From Callorhinchus milii (Eukaryota), in the NCBI RefSeq assembly GCF_018977255.1, contig NW_024704743.1:111912001-111976000 (forward strand): 64,000 bases of DNA, written 5' to 3'. Made by a program: the position numbers and the translations under genes. The stretch's first letter is position 1, and every line of letters starts with the position of its first letter. Under the pieces are notes generated by a model. The model had not been told where the DNA came from. It did not search any database and worked only from the letters and a program-made list of their open reading frames with translations. Of this stretch, positions 13,634 to 24,592 are shown piece by piece.

Positions 13634-13715
13634 AGTGGTCCTGTGGGCCGAGGTGACTTGTGTAAGGAACTCTCTCTCTCTCTCTCTCTCTCTCCGACGT
13701 GCGACCGCAAACGGA
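13634..13715 (-). other. foxp1: Candidate non-coding first exon, tentatively of a FoxP gene (foxp1-like)
   Basis: Minus strand gttccttacacaagtcacctcggcccacaggaccact|gtatgt. It resembles the end of vertebrate FOXP1 exon 1 as I remember it; this is not verified by any search. The layout is compatible: several non-coding 5' exons, no coding exon within 13 kb and an empty 50-kb upstream region. The symbol is tentative. Confidence 0.35.
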
Positions 13716-13990
13716 AAAGGGGAAACTGGAAATGAAAATCCGATATATCTTTATTCTGCTAATTATTTTGCCCCTGTAAAAAAAATGGCTGATTAAGTTG
13801 AGTGCGCATGTGTCTTCATTACCGATGCACGACGGGAAGGTGTAATTAGTGAGGTGATCAACATTCAAAAGATTGGATTTGACGCTTTGAAGTTGGGAGA
13901 GAGGGAGAGAGAGAGAGAGAGGGAGAGAGAGAGAGAGAGAGAGGGGACAAACCCGGGGCTCTGGTCACGGGAAAGTCGTAAACACGACCC
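13700..13990 (-). promoter_or_regulatory. Candidate core/proximal promoter block
   Basis: Unique sequence between GA tracts containing YY1-like aaaatggc, NRF1-like tgcgcatg, attgg (CCAAT), ctttgaa (TCF) and forkhead gtaaaca (13978-13984). Confidence 0.4.
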
Positions 13991-14222
13991 ACACAACACA
14001 GACGCACACACTCATCTCTCTCACTCACTCACTCACTCACTCACTGTCTCACTCTCACACACACACACACACACACACACAGAGGGAGAGGGACACACAC
14101 ACACATGTACACACACACACACACAGATAATGTGCACACACTATCTAACACAGATTTCCCCCCACCACCTCCTTTTCTCCCATTCTCTCTCCCCCCCACC
14201 CCCCACCCCCCCACGTAACCCC

Positions 14223-14255
<33 letters not shown>

Positions 14256-14641
14256 CCCTCACCACCACCACCACACACTCACTCACTCACTCACTCACTA
14301 CCACTATCCCTGCATCAACATCGGCACAAAGACAAAGACACACACACATACACACACACACAGAAAAGGGAGAAAGCGTTCAAATATTTCCGTGATTTAA
14401 CACACACACACATATATATATATATACACACACACACAAGGCAAAGGAGGGAGAGGGAGAGAGAGAGGGGGTGGTCGGGGGGGGGGGGAGAAACAATTAC
14501 AAGACGGGAGTGATTAATACAATCAGAAAAACTCCTAAAACCTAAGCACAAAAACGAAACAAAAAAGTAAGAACAATGCGTAAAAATAGCCACGACTAAA
14601 TTTTGGAGGCATCTTGTTTGATGCACTTCGGGATTTTTTAA

Positions 14642-14674
<33 letters not shown>

Positions 14675-15665
14675 AATTGAGCTACTGTGTTAAATGCACA
14701 ATGAGAAACATTTTTGGAAGTTGTTAATAACAGATCGAGGACGGAAAGTCAAACTGTGGGTGGGGTGGGGTGGAAAAAAAGTCTTAAAAGGGAACAATCT
14801 TTAAGAGGGGAAAGATTTGAGAAATGAAAATAAAAATGAGTTCTGCGATTTCTTTGGGGGTGGGGGGGGGGGGGGGGGGTGGTGGGGAACTACAAACACA
14901 CCAAATAAAATCTGCGATCACGATTGGAAAATAATGATAATATTGCACTTGTGTTTTTTTTTGAATAAATAAAACGCACAAACACAGGGCGTGGAAATTA
15001 ACGTTAAAACACAGAGGCAAATAACGCCGAGATTTCAAATCAGGTTAAAAAAAAAACTCGGGTCTCGTCTTCCTTCACACTAATCGCTTCGTTTCAATGA
15101 AACACTACCTGTATTGATTGCGTTGATATCTGATCCACTGACGTGACTTTGCAACAGCAAATCTAAATTGCAATTTTCCCTCTATTTTAATGTTTGTGTC
15201 TATATCTCTCGATTGTATTTGAACAGAAATAACGCGGGGCTGTCGCGGGAGTTTGATTTTTGTCTCAGATATAGGGTCTGAACAGCTGGCAAACCCCTAC
15301 CTTTTATTTTGTTCTCTCTGTCCCTCACCCTTAATAGTCGCTATCGAATAAGACACTAAGGATGTTAATCGTTATGAGAAAATCAGGAGATCACCACTTA
15401 TCTGGGGGGAAAATCGAAGGCACTTTATTCAGAGCTGGGTTGGGAAGATATGATAAGGCAGAGGCGAGATGGAGTGGAACTGCAGAAGCACATGCTTTCT
15501 CTTTCTCTATCTGTCTCTCTTTCTGTCTCTCCCCCTCTCTCCCTCTCTCTCCTGACTGTTTTATTCTGTTCTACATAGAGGTCTCTATCAGGGTCTCTGT
15601 ACGGTGGCCGCCAGTAGCCCTCAGTCCTCCTTCTTGATCTCTCCCCTTGTCTATCACACAAGCCT

Positions 15666-15699
<34 letters not shown>

Positions 15700-16800
15700 C
15701 CCCTGTCTCACTCTGTCTCTCTCTGTGGGACTCTGATCGCTCCACACACCAACCCATCAGTACTGCTTAAATGTTAGGGACCCGCGCTCCAGACACCTCG
15801 ATAACCCTCACTCCCTCACCCCCACCCCTGGGGAGGGGGGGGGGGCTATTTGGCAAAGGCACTGTGTAAACTATTTTTTTTAAAAAAATCCTGACTACCT
15901 TGTTCAAATGCCGATAACAATCTCCACATTACTGATCTACAATGAGAAAGTAGACAAGAGAGGAAAACACATAGGATCTTGCAAAACCCCATTAATAAAA
16001 CCTGTTTTTTTAATATATATATGTGTGTAATATTTATAAATATACCTCTACATACAAAGAGAGACAAAACGATTTTCAGATAAAACCATAAAGTAATATT
16101 GATCGGTTTGAACTTCGAACAACAAACTTATTTTTTTTTGAGCTGCGTTTCAACCTGACAGGCGTTTTTGGGGTTGATCCTGTTATTTTTTTTAAAAAAA
16201 AGGAAATCGCACCACAACTGATGCAATTCATTACAGCAAAAATAATAATAATAATAATAATAATCATGATAACTATTTAGTTTGCGAACTATTATTCCAA
16301 GTTAAATAAATTGACACTTGAAACGATTGCATACAAATCCGCATGATTCTCGCTTCGTGAACAAAATAACGTTTCTTAAATTATTTCACTCTTACTCGTC
16401 CGCGAACTACAATATCATTGCCACCAATTCCGCCTGAAAGAAATTCCTTTAACATTATTTTGTTACGCTTTTTCTAAAAAAAAAATAACCCGTTATATAT
16501 CTATCTGCCCACGTTTTCGGAGTTTATAAATACATACAGCGATATATATATATATATAGATATATAGATATATAGATATATAGATATATAGATATATCTC
16601 TCTCTATATATATATACTTTTTATCCAAAAAAAAGTATTCCATGTATTACCTGCGTTTCATCTTCAGGTCTAATAATCCTTTATTCTATAGGTCTTTGTA
16701 ATTTGATTTTTTAGGGGGATTTATTTTGTACACAATGTGGCAGATCTTTTTTTCTCTCTCTCTCTCTCTGTTGAAGGGAAATGTATGCGATGAACATGCC

Positions 16801-16831
16801 TGGCGCCCTCTGGGGCTTAAAAGGTCAGCAG
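16801..16831 (-). promoter_or_regulatory. CTCF-binding motif with upstream module
   Basis: Minus strand ctgctgacct-tttaa-gccccagagggcgcca fits the CTCF core (CCNNNAGRKGGCRC) plus an upstream TGCNG-like element. Confidence 0.6.
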
Positions 16832-18632
16832 TTTGACAGGAGGCTGACCATCATGTCCTCTCGGGTTCGGCCCATTGTTTATAAACACAGAAATATATAC
16901 ACCGTTCCCCTATCACTTTACAACAACACAAATGTCACTTTCTATGTGGAAATATCCAAGCACCACCATCACCACCAACAACCCCCTCCACCCCCCCACC
17001 ACCACCCCACTTCCCCTCCCTCTCTCTCCAACACACACACTCACACACACATATATATAAATACCAAACCCACCGCCACCAAACAAAACGATTAAAACAT
17101 TTGCAAACCTCCAATAATTGTCCAACTTTTGTTCGGGGTACGTGTCATCCCCCCCTCCCACCCCCACACCCCACACACACACACACTCCCCCCCCCCCAC
17201 CCACCCACCCCAAAAAAGAGGGTAGTTTTAGAGCAAAAGAGATTTGTTTTTACCTCCAGAGATTTATCGATCAACCTGGTCTTCTTGTTTCTTGGACACT
17301 CCTCTTGTTAAAACTAACTAAAACCGCTTGCAAATTCGCAAGGATTTAAAGATTGCCATCCCCAAAGTGTCCAGCACAGCAGGGCCCACTGGAAAAAAAT
17401 GCGATAAATAAATTCGCTACTGAGTGCTGCCTTCTCTCAATGCGGACTTATCTGACTTTAATTTAATATTCCGCAATCATATTTTATAACGCAAATAATT
17501 CACGCCTATATTTCAGTGATTTTACATAGAAACCAATGATTGCACTCAAACGCGCCCCACTTATAGCAGGGGGGGGCAAAGGGAGAAATTAGAGCGTGTT
17601 ATCACTTTACATTGAAGGTATTACCTTATATTTCTCTTTATCGTTATGAGTCCTTTAAGGCTTTAAAAATATATCTATCTGACAAGCCGCATTTTGGATG
17701 TTCCGATCAGCCTGAAAGTAAACAAATTAAATTCTTACACTCGCAAATCGTTAAAAGATCTATAATCGAGTAATATAGACGAGGTGTTCCCCTATGTAGA
17801 ACACCGCCGTTATCCGATTGATCTCTCCTCCGATCGATTCGATAAACGGAAATCTATCAGAGCGTTTAAAAGTGACATATCATTTCAATCAAACATTTCC
17901 TCTCACAACGAAAAAAAGGTGATTCCACGTGAAAGGAAGCACACGAACTCCTTAAACACAAGCAATTCAACAGAGGGACATGGGGAACTTCTGTGCAGTA
18001 TAAACAACACAGAGGTGGTGTGGTTGCGGGGTGTGCGATTTTTTTTATATTAAAAAAAATCACTTTTAATATGAATGCATATTCAATATCCTCGCAATGC
18101 AAGGTTCTGTCCCCCCCCCCCCCCCCTCCCATGTTGCAGCCCTCGTAAGGTCCCAAAGTTAAAACAAAAAAATAAATCACCCAGTGCTCATTATGGTGCC
18201 AACAACAATGTGCAAAGGATGGTTTTCGTTTGTGTGTGTTTTTTTGTAATATGATCTACAATTGAATGACAACCTCTCCTTTATTCATAAACGTCGCTGC
18301 GTTTTATTTGGCGCACCGTTCTGAAAAAACGTTACACACACACACACACACAACAAAAAATTATTGCCAATGATATTCAAGAAATCCCGTTTGCTGTTTA
18401 AGGATAAACAAGCTCTCACTTTAAATTTTTTTTTTTTAAAAACAGCAACAATCTGTGATGAAATCGAGACAATTTTTTTTGTGGTGGGGGGTGGAGGGGG
18501 GTTAACAGGAATCACATTTGTGTTTGCTGTTGCAGGGCTCACACTAATCCTCTGCCTTTTCCACGTATATTTAGGGGCTAATGCCCTAATGCATTGTTTC
18601 AGATCTCCCATTTTTTTCCCCTTCCAAAAATT

Positions 18633-18648
18633 CCACTAAATGGCGACT
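18633..18648 (+). promoter_or_regulatory. Possible CTCF motif
   Basis: ccactaaatggcga versus consensus CCACTAGATGGCGC; mismatched at one core G and the terminal base. Confidence 0.35.
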
Positions 18649-18879
18649 ATCAAATTGTGACAATGTAAATTCGAACTGTTGCTGTACAATCGTTATTTTT
18701 ATTTGTTAAAGAAAATCGATGAAATTGCCTCTAAAGTACTTAGTGAGGCGTGTTTGTACCGACTAGGGGAGAATACTAAATACAGTGGTTGGTCGATGAA
18801 AATTGAGTAGTTAGGAAATGTTTAAGTACACGCTCCTTAACGCTTGACTTGGTGACTGAAATGCTGGCGCTCTGATCTT

Positions 18880-19124
18880 TCTCACTCCTTTTTTTTCCCC
18901 CTTTTTTCTCACTCTTTTGTTTTTTGCCAACGACCTTTTTCTTTTTATCCGCCTCTTCCTTCTTTCATTCTTAAACCTCCCCTCTGCTCCCTTTCACACT
19001 CTCTCCTCTCTCTCTCTCTCTCTCTCCCTCTCTCTTCCAGTACCTATTACATTCGTTTCCACTGCTTTACTTTTTATTTTTTTTTAGACCCAATTTCTAA
19101 TTTTTTTGCATGTCTCCCCCCCCC

Positions 19125-19155
<31 letters not shown>

Positions 19156-20720
19156 CTCCCCGTCTCTCCTGGTTTCTTTCCTGTAGTTATGCCCACGATT
19201 CGGTCCTTCTGCAAGTCCCCATTCCTCCACATCTCCCTAACTCGTTTTCTCTCACTTCCGTGTCTTTGCTTTATTTAACCTGCAATTTTTTGGGGGATCT
19301 ATCGCTATTTCATTTTTCGCTTATTTAGACCTTGACCTGTCTAGATCCCTTTTCCCTGTCCGCCTTCTCAACCATCTCTTCCCCCTCTCTGGATTGCTAC
19401 ATCTCCCTGTATTTAGTCCCTATCTGTTCCCTCCACTCCCTATCATTTAATCATTAGGTTTCTGTCTCTTTTTACACCTCTCCTGTCCCATCCTCTGCTC
19501 CCCGTTTTCTCCTCTTTTCCTGCATCTTCACTTCTCTCCCTCGCATTACCTCCCCTTTCCCAGTTTGGTATTCCAACCCCTCGATTTGCCCCTACAAAGT
19601 CCATCACCGTCTCTCGCTTGCTCCATTGCCCACTGTCCACTCTCTCCTCCTGTACCCCATCACCATCTCCAGGTATTTCCCCACTTCACCCGCACCTCTT
19701 CTCTCCATCTGCTCTCAGTGTTTTTTTTTAACACATGATTATTGTTTCCCTGAATTTCATTCATACTTTCTCACATCTCTCATTCAGTGGCTTCTCGTTG
19801 ACTTTCCAACCCTGTCCTCTCTTTTGCTCTATTTTCTCAGCCTGTTTGGCAATTTGTCTTCACCTCTTGTACTTTCCGTCCGTCACTCTATAGACATTTT
19901 TGTCATTCTGCCATACTGTAATTTTCTCAGTTTTTACTCTCTCTTTCTCTCTCTCTTTCCCTCTCTCTACGCTGTCATTGCATATTTCTTCCTGCATTCT
20001 CACTTCTTTTCCCACCGTTTCTTCTGGTTGTGTCTACGTTCTCCCTATATATGTTCACACCTTTGCATTCCGCACTCACAATTATACTTTCTGCATCCCC
20101 CCCCCCCTTCATGCTTCCCATTCTCACTCATTGCCCTTTTTTTTCTCGTTCAATCCATCTTGATATCTCCTTTCGTTCAGTTTCCTCTCGCTCGCTCTCC
20201 TGCGCTGTGCTTTCTCTCGGTTATCGTAGTCTTTCCCAATATACACACAAATATATATGTATATATATATAGTGCATTATTGTTCTCTTTTTCTCCTCTC
20301 TTGTGTTGATAATTCTTTCTCTCCCATTATCTCCTTATATTTTATTTCCACTTTCTTCCAACTTCTTGAATCTTATTCCCACTGTTCCTCAAACTCCGTG
20401 TATAGTGTTCCCTCTCCAAACTCCCTGTGTAACCTGGGAGCCCACTTTCCTCCCCAACTCCCCATTGATTACTCCCACTTTCCCTTGTATTTCATTCCCA
20501 ATCTCTCCCAAAGTCCTTGTTGCATTCCCGCTTTCTCCCCAAACTCCTCGTGTCTGAATGCCACCCCCCCCCCCCCCCCCAGAACTCCCTGGTGGACAAT
20601 TCCCCACTTGCCCCGTGCAAGTCACTCCCACTTGCCCTGCGTTATTATTCCCATTAGTCCCGGTGTAGGACCCCCCCCCACCACCCAGATCTCCCCCCTC
20701 CTCCTGTCCCTCACCATCCA
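18880..20720 (+). repeat. About 1.8-kb pyrimidine-rich low-complexity tract
   Basis: The plus strand is overwhelmingly C/T. The long F/L/S/P-rich ORFs in the track are artefacts of this bias. Confidence 0.9.
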
Positions 20721-21520
20721 GGAAGCGCTGGCCCCGCCCCTCTTTCCCGCGCAAACCCGGTCAGACGGCGGGGCCCTCGCCCATTGGACAGCGTCGGGGG
20801 CCGGTGTCAGGGCAACCGGCGGATCAACAAAGAGGCGAGGTGTCAATCAGCGGGAGAGCTGCTCCCAACCAGACTCGGGCCACATGGAGCAGTGTGGACT
20901 GGCACTCACTGCTCCTGGTCCCCTCAGTCCAGTCCGGCCGGAGCTCCAACGCCGACTGACACTCTTGCAACGCAGCCCCGAGCGGCCAAGCCGAGGCTGA
21001 GACGCCAAGGTCCCGCGTGGCTTTCGGACCCGTTGCAAAGCTGCTGCCGCTTCTGTCAAAACCTGAGTTCAATTCCAGGCAGAGGGCGAAACCTTGGGCA
21101 AGTTTCCTTACTCCACACAGAGCCTAATAATAATCCCTCCAAAACCAAAAACAATAATAAATTGGTCATTTTCAATCCATGATTGTTTGTGGGACATTGC
21201 TGTGCGCAATTGGCTGCCGCGTTCGCCCACAAATATACAGTCAATTCACTTTACAGTGTCTTCTGTGAAGCGCTTTGGGACGTCCTCCCGACGTGAAAAG
21301 CGCTATATCAAATGCAAGGATTATTATTATTATTATTATTAAAACCGCCACGGGCCGGGCGCGGACGACAAGGACAGTTTGCGCTGATGCGTCACGGCGG
21401 CCTTTCACGTCGGGGAGGGCGCCTCAAAGTGATTCGTGGGGAGTCGGGGGGGGGGGGGGGTGGGGGGTGGGGGGGGGTGGGAGGAAAGATGACAAAGCGC
21501 GGGCAAAAAGATGGGTCTGA
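20720..21520. promoter_or_regulatory. Second CpG island / candidate promoter
   Basis: Very GC/CpG-rich, with GC box gccccgcccc (~20731), attgg (~20783), tgtcaatca PBX/MEIS-type site (~20841) and CRE-like tgcgtca (~21388). Interrupted by a SINE. Confidence 0.6.
21061..21340 (+). mobile_element. tRNA-derived Deu-SINE, 5'-truncated with internal deletion
   Basis: B-box gagttcaattcc, Deu core tgtttgtgggacattgctgtgcgcaattggctgccgcgtt, L2-like tail gtgaagcgctttgggacgtcctcccgacgtgaaaagcgctatatcaaatgcaagg and (att)n end. Confidence 0.9.
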
Positions 21521-21989
21521 AAGCACAGTTTGGTACATTGAGCCAAAACGATTAGCTTATCTTTCACTCGTTATTTGTAATTAGCAAAGCAGTATGGAAA
21601 TATAGCAGTTTTTATTTTAAAAAAATGAGTGCCCGGAATATTTATAATACCAAGTCAAGTGTTCAGGAAAAGCAGCACAGCATCACGGCCCAGTTATATT
21701 GCGGAGTTTGAGTCAATTTAACACCTTTGGTGTGTCAAACTGATGCAAACTCTGGAAGCTCATCTAAGGAGAGTGATTTGCTCCAGAGCAAGAGGACTGC
21801 GACACAACTCACATCACACTTATTATCCAGGAAGCAGTCTCTGGCTGCCCTAGCTTTGCACCAGCTTCAAGTGTAACTAACTGCCAGTAAGAAGCAACAG
21901 TTTAAAATCCTGGGGTGGATAATGTGGTATGTGATGTGACAATTATTACTGTAAATCAGCACTTCACATTTTTCACCATTTATTTCTAA

Positions 21990-22125
21990 TGTTGGTTGTT
22001 TGTGGGACATCGCTGAGTGCAAATTGTCTGCCTTGTTCGCCTATACATAAGCACTACACCTTACAGTAAATCCTGTGATGCACTTTGAGAAGTCCTGGAA
22101 GGAGCTATTTAACATTTGGAATCAT
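21990..22125 (+). mobile_element. Degenerate Deu-SINE 3' half
   Basis: ttgtttgtgggacatcgctgagtgcaaattgtctgcc...ctgtgatgcactttgagaagtcc. Confidence 0.7.
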
Positions 22126-22774
22126 TTTTTCATTGGTCTCCAAGAGTGTCTTGTAGTTTTTTTTTAAAATGCTGGTAAAGAGATAATGATTGCATTGGCT
22201 GTTTAGTGACATTCAATGTTTCAATGACACTTTGACACGTGAGCAGAGCTTCACACATTTATGTAAGGGCACATTTTGCCGAGCACAGTTTAGAGATGTT
22301 TGGAGGTTCAATAGCACTGCCCACTCCACACATATCAGCACTGTGCTCCGCTCCTCACCACTACCTGCAGTATAATAGCCACAATATTAACTTTAAGAGG
22401 GTGACGTTCCTTGTCCCAGTAAATTTAGCACATTTTCAGGACGTGCCCAGTTAATGGGATTTTCCATTATAAGTGCACTTTGCCAAAGTCCCTAAGCTTA
22501 AACCTTCGAAGCATCACATCGTAAAAGTGTAACATTTATAACAAAGTAGACTTTCTGTAATTGTTTACTGTTTGAGGCCTGCTTGTAGCCTAAGTAATTA
22601 AGACAATCTCAAAAGCATTAAAGGTGCTGGGGCAAATGTGATGGCTCAACTATTGTCCTGGCTGTGTTCAGCTGACAGCACAGATACAAATTAGATTCTG
22701 CAAAGCATCATTTAGTATAGTCTAGTGCTATACTGCCCAGTAATTTACCCACAATATCTTAGGGGTAATCCTGG

Positions 22775-23532
22775 ATCAGTTGGCAGCATTTGCACCTCTG
22801 AATCAGAAGGCTATGAATGAGTTGAAGCCCCACGTCGACACTTTGAACTGGGGTCGCACTGTACTGTTGGAAGTGCCAGCCTTCAGGTTGATGTTAAAGA
22901 TCCTATGCTATTGCTTATAATAATCCTTGCATTGGAGTCCTGTAACTCAGTGGTTAGAGCACTCGCCTTGCAAGCAAGAGACTTGTGTTCAATTCCTGGC
23001 AGGGCGAAATGTTGGGGCAAGTTTTCTTACGCCTCTGTTTACCTAGCAGTAAGTAGGAACCCAGCTGATAGTCGATTGGCAGATCGCTTTTTCACGGGTA
23101 ATAATTCCTTCAAAAAATAATAATAATAAATTGGTCACTTCAATCCATGACTGTTTGTGGGACACTGCTGTGCACAATTGGCTGCCACCTTTCACACACA
23201 AAATATACAGTCAACTCACTTTACAGTATATTCTTTGAAGCGCTTTGAGACATCTTGAAGACATGATAAGACGCTACATGAAATGCAAGGATTGTTATTA
23301 TTACGATTTGAAAAGCAAAGGTAATTTCTCCTGCTAATCTGGCAAACAATCCCCCAGATAAAATTGGTCATTCACCTCATGCCGGTTTGTGCGACTTTGC
23401 TGTGCACAAGTTGTCTGCTGTGTTTGCCTACAAAATACGGTGTTATCACTTTTTACAGTATATCCTGTGAAGCGCTTTGAGACATCCTCCTGACGTGAAA
23501 GGCACTGTACCAGATCAAGGATTATTAATATT
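22775..23532 (+). mobile_element. Older SacSINE1-like Deu-SINE split by a nested younger SINE
   Basis: The 5' part (cagttggcagcatttgcacctctgaatcagaagg...gttaaagatcctatg) stops at ~22912. It resumes at ~23305 (gaaaagcaaaggtaatttctcc...Deu core...tail). Confidence 0.7.
22934..23303 (+). mobile_element. Full-length tRNA(Ala)-like-headed Deu-SINE
   Basis: A-box region tgtaactcagtggttagagc, ttgcaag anticodon-loop-like segment, B-box gttcaattcc, Deu core, L2 tail and (att)n. Confidence 0.9.
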
Positions 23533-24461
23533 ATCTCTTCATCCTTCTGGTATGAAGGCAACTGGAGATTAAATGAGGAAAGTTGGGAAAGAATTGTTCT
23601 TGCTCCAAATATAGTTAGTTTAAATAGGAGTTTCATTGTTCAGTAGGTGAGACACATTGATCACTAAACCACTATAAAGGTCTCCGATAACATCTTTCAG
23701 TTTCAGTTCCAGTGCAAGTGAGAATGTCTCAAGACTGATTTAAACAGGTTGAGAGTTAGAAAGTTCCTGCCACATTCAGCCACTGTACTGTAAACCCAAG
23801 AGAGCTGAACAGCGTAACAGAATAGAGCCCTTCACATCAGGACTTGATTAGTTTAATAGTGTAAAATATGAGTATGCAAACCTCACTCTAAAACAATTCA
23901 GTTCTGTAATATTTAACTGATACCGGATATTGTGCCATTGGAGGTATGTTGCTGGATTTCATTGACCAGTGTGAAAGACCCCATAACTCATGAGTCCTGG
24001 AGAAGTGCAATCACACCATGGCTGGTGCCGTGTTCTCCTTTAGCTCTGGTCACTGCATTGATAGGGTTAAAAATGTGCTCTGGAAAAGCGTCACGTGGGC
24101 TGACAGTTTAAGTGCAAATTCACAGTGAAGTATTGTGTCAGGAAGGCAGTGAAAATAACGTCGAATAAAACATAATGGAAGCTCACCAGTGAAATAGCTC
24201 AAATATGTAGTTAAAATGATATAATATAGACAGACTTTCTTATTTCCTGGCAATCAACCGTTAATTATCACTCAATAAACTTGCACTGATTATGTCACAT
24301 TCATTAAAACTTTAGTGTAGATGCCATCACACGTTAGCTTTAGCTGCCTGGAGCTCCACTGGCCAGGGACATCCACCAGGACAGTAGCTGCCATCGAAAG
24401 AATACAACCAAAGCTGAATAAAACCCAGACACTATGAACTTCACAGTATAATAGTAAACAA

Positions 24462-24592
24462 TAGATACCCTGGGGTGATTTCAAGGCTGTAATCTCATTC
24501 TGCGGCTCAGATGATGGTTATAAACCATTTCAGGTCTGATCTTGCAGTTTATGACCCCATCGCTGATGAGATTACTGCCTCGTAATCACACC
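24462..24592. repeat. Palindromic hairpin element (Eulor/MITE-like relic)
   Basis: Left arm ggtgatttcaaggctgtaatctcat pairs with right arm atgagattactgcctcgtaatcacacc. Inner arms are gatggttataaac and gtttatgaccccatc. Confidence 0.7.

Larger units (their letters stand above)
10740..17220. repeat. Microsatellite cluster: (CA)n, (GA/CT)n, (CTGT)n, (GTGA)n, (AAT)n, (ACC)n, (TATATAGA)n, poly-C/G
   Basis: Directly visible, e.g. (GA)n 11350-11385, (CTGT)n 12358-12406, (AAT)n 13545-13580, (TATATAGA)n 16545-16595. Confidence 0.95.
10200..18800. promoter_or_regulatory. Extended CpG-enriched multi-promoter domain of a developmental regulator gene
   Basis: CpG frequency rises sharply relative to the flanks. 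There are dense (CA)n/(GA)n/poly-C/poly-G tracts, no recognisable SINE copies and several strong splice donors on both strands. Confidence 0.7.

Noticed and set aside
10660..14626. Many overlapping ORFs of 80-220 aa
   Set aside because: Translations of microsatellites (poly-HT, RE, LS, P, K).
19626..21000. 227-aa and 247-aa ORFs
   Set aside because: Products of the pyrimidine-rich tract and GC-rich island (few stop codons); no recognisable domain.
22934..23005. tRNA-Ala gene
   Set aside because: The acceptor stem does not pair and the sequence runs directly into the SINE body; it is a SINE head.
24563..24592. Hammerhead ribozyme core (ctgatga + gattac/gtaatc stem)
   Set aside because: The required GAAA after stem II is acac, and I see no stems I/III; the hairpin element explains it.
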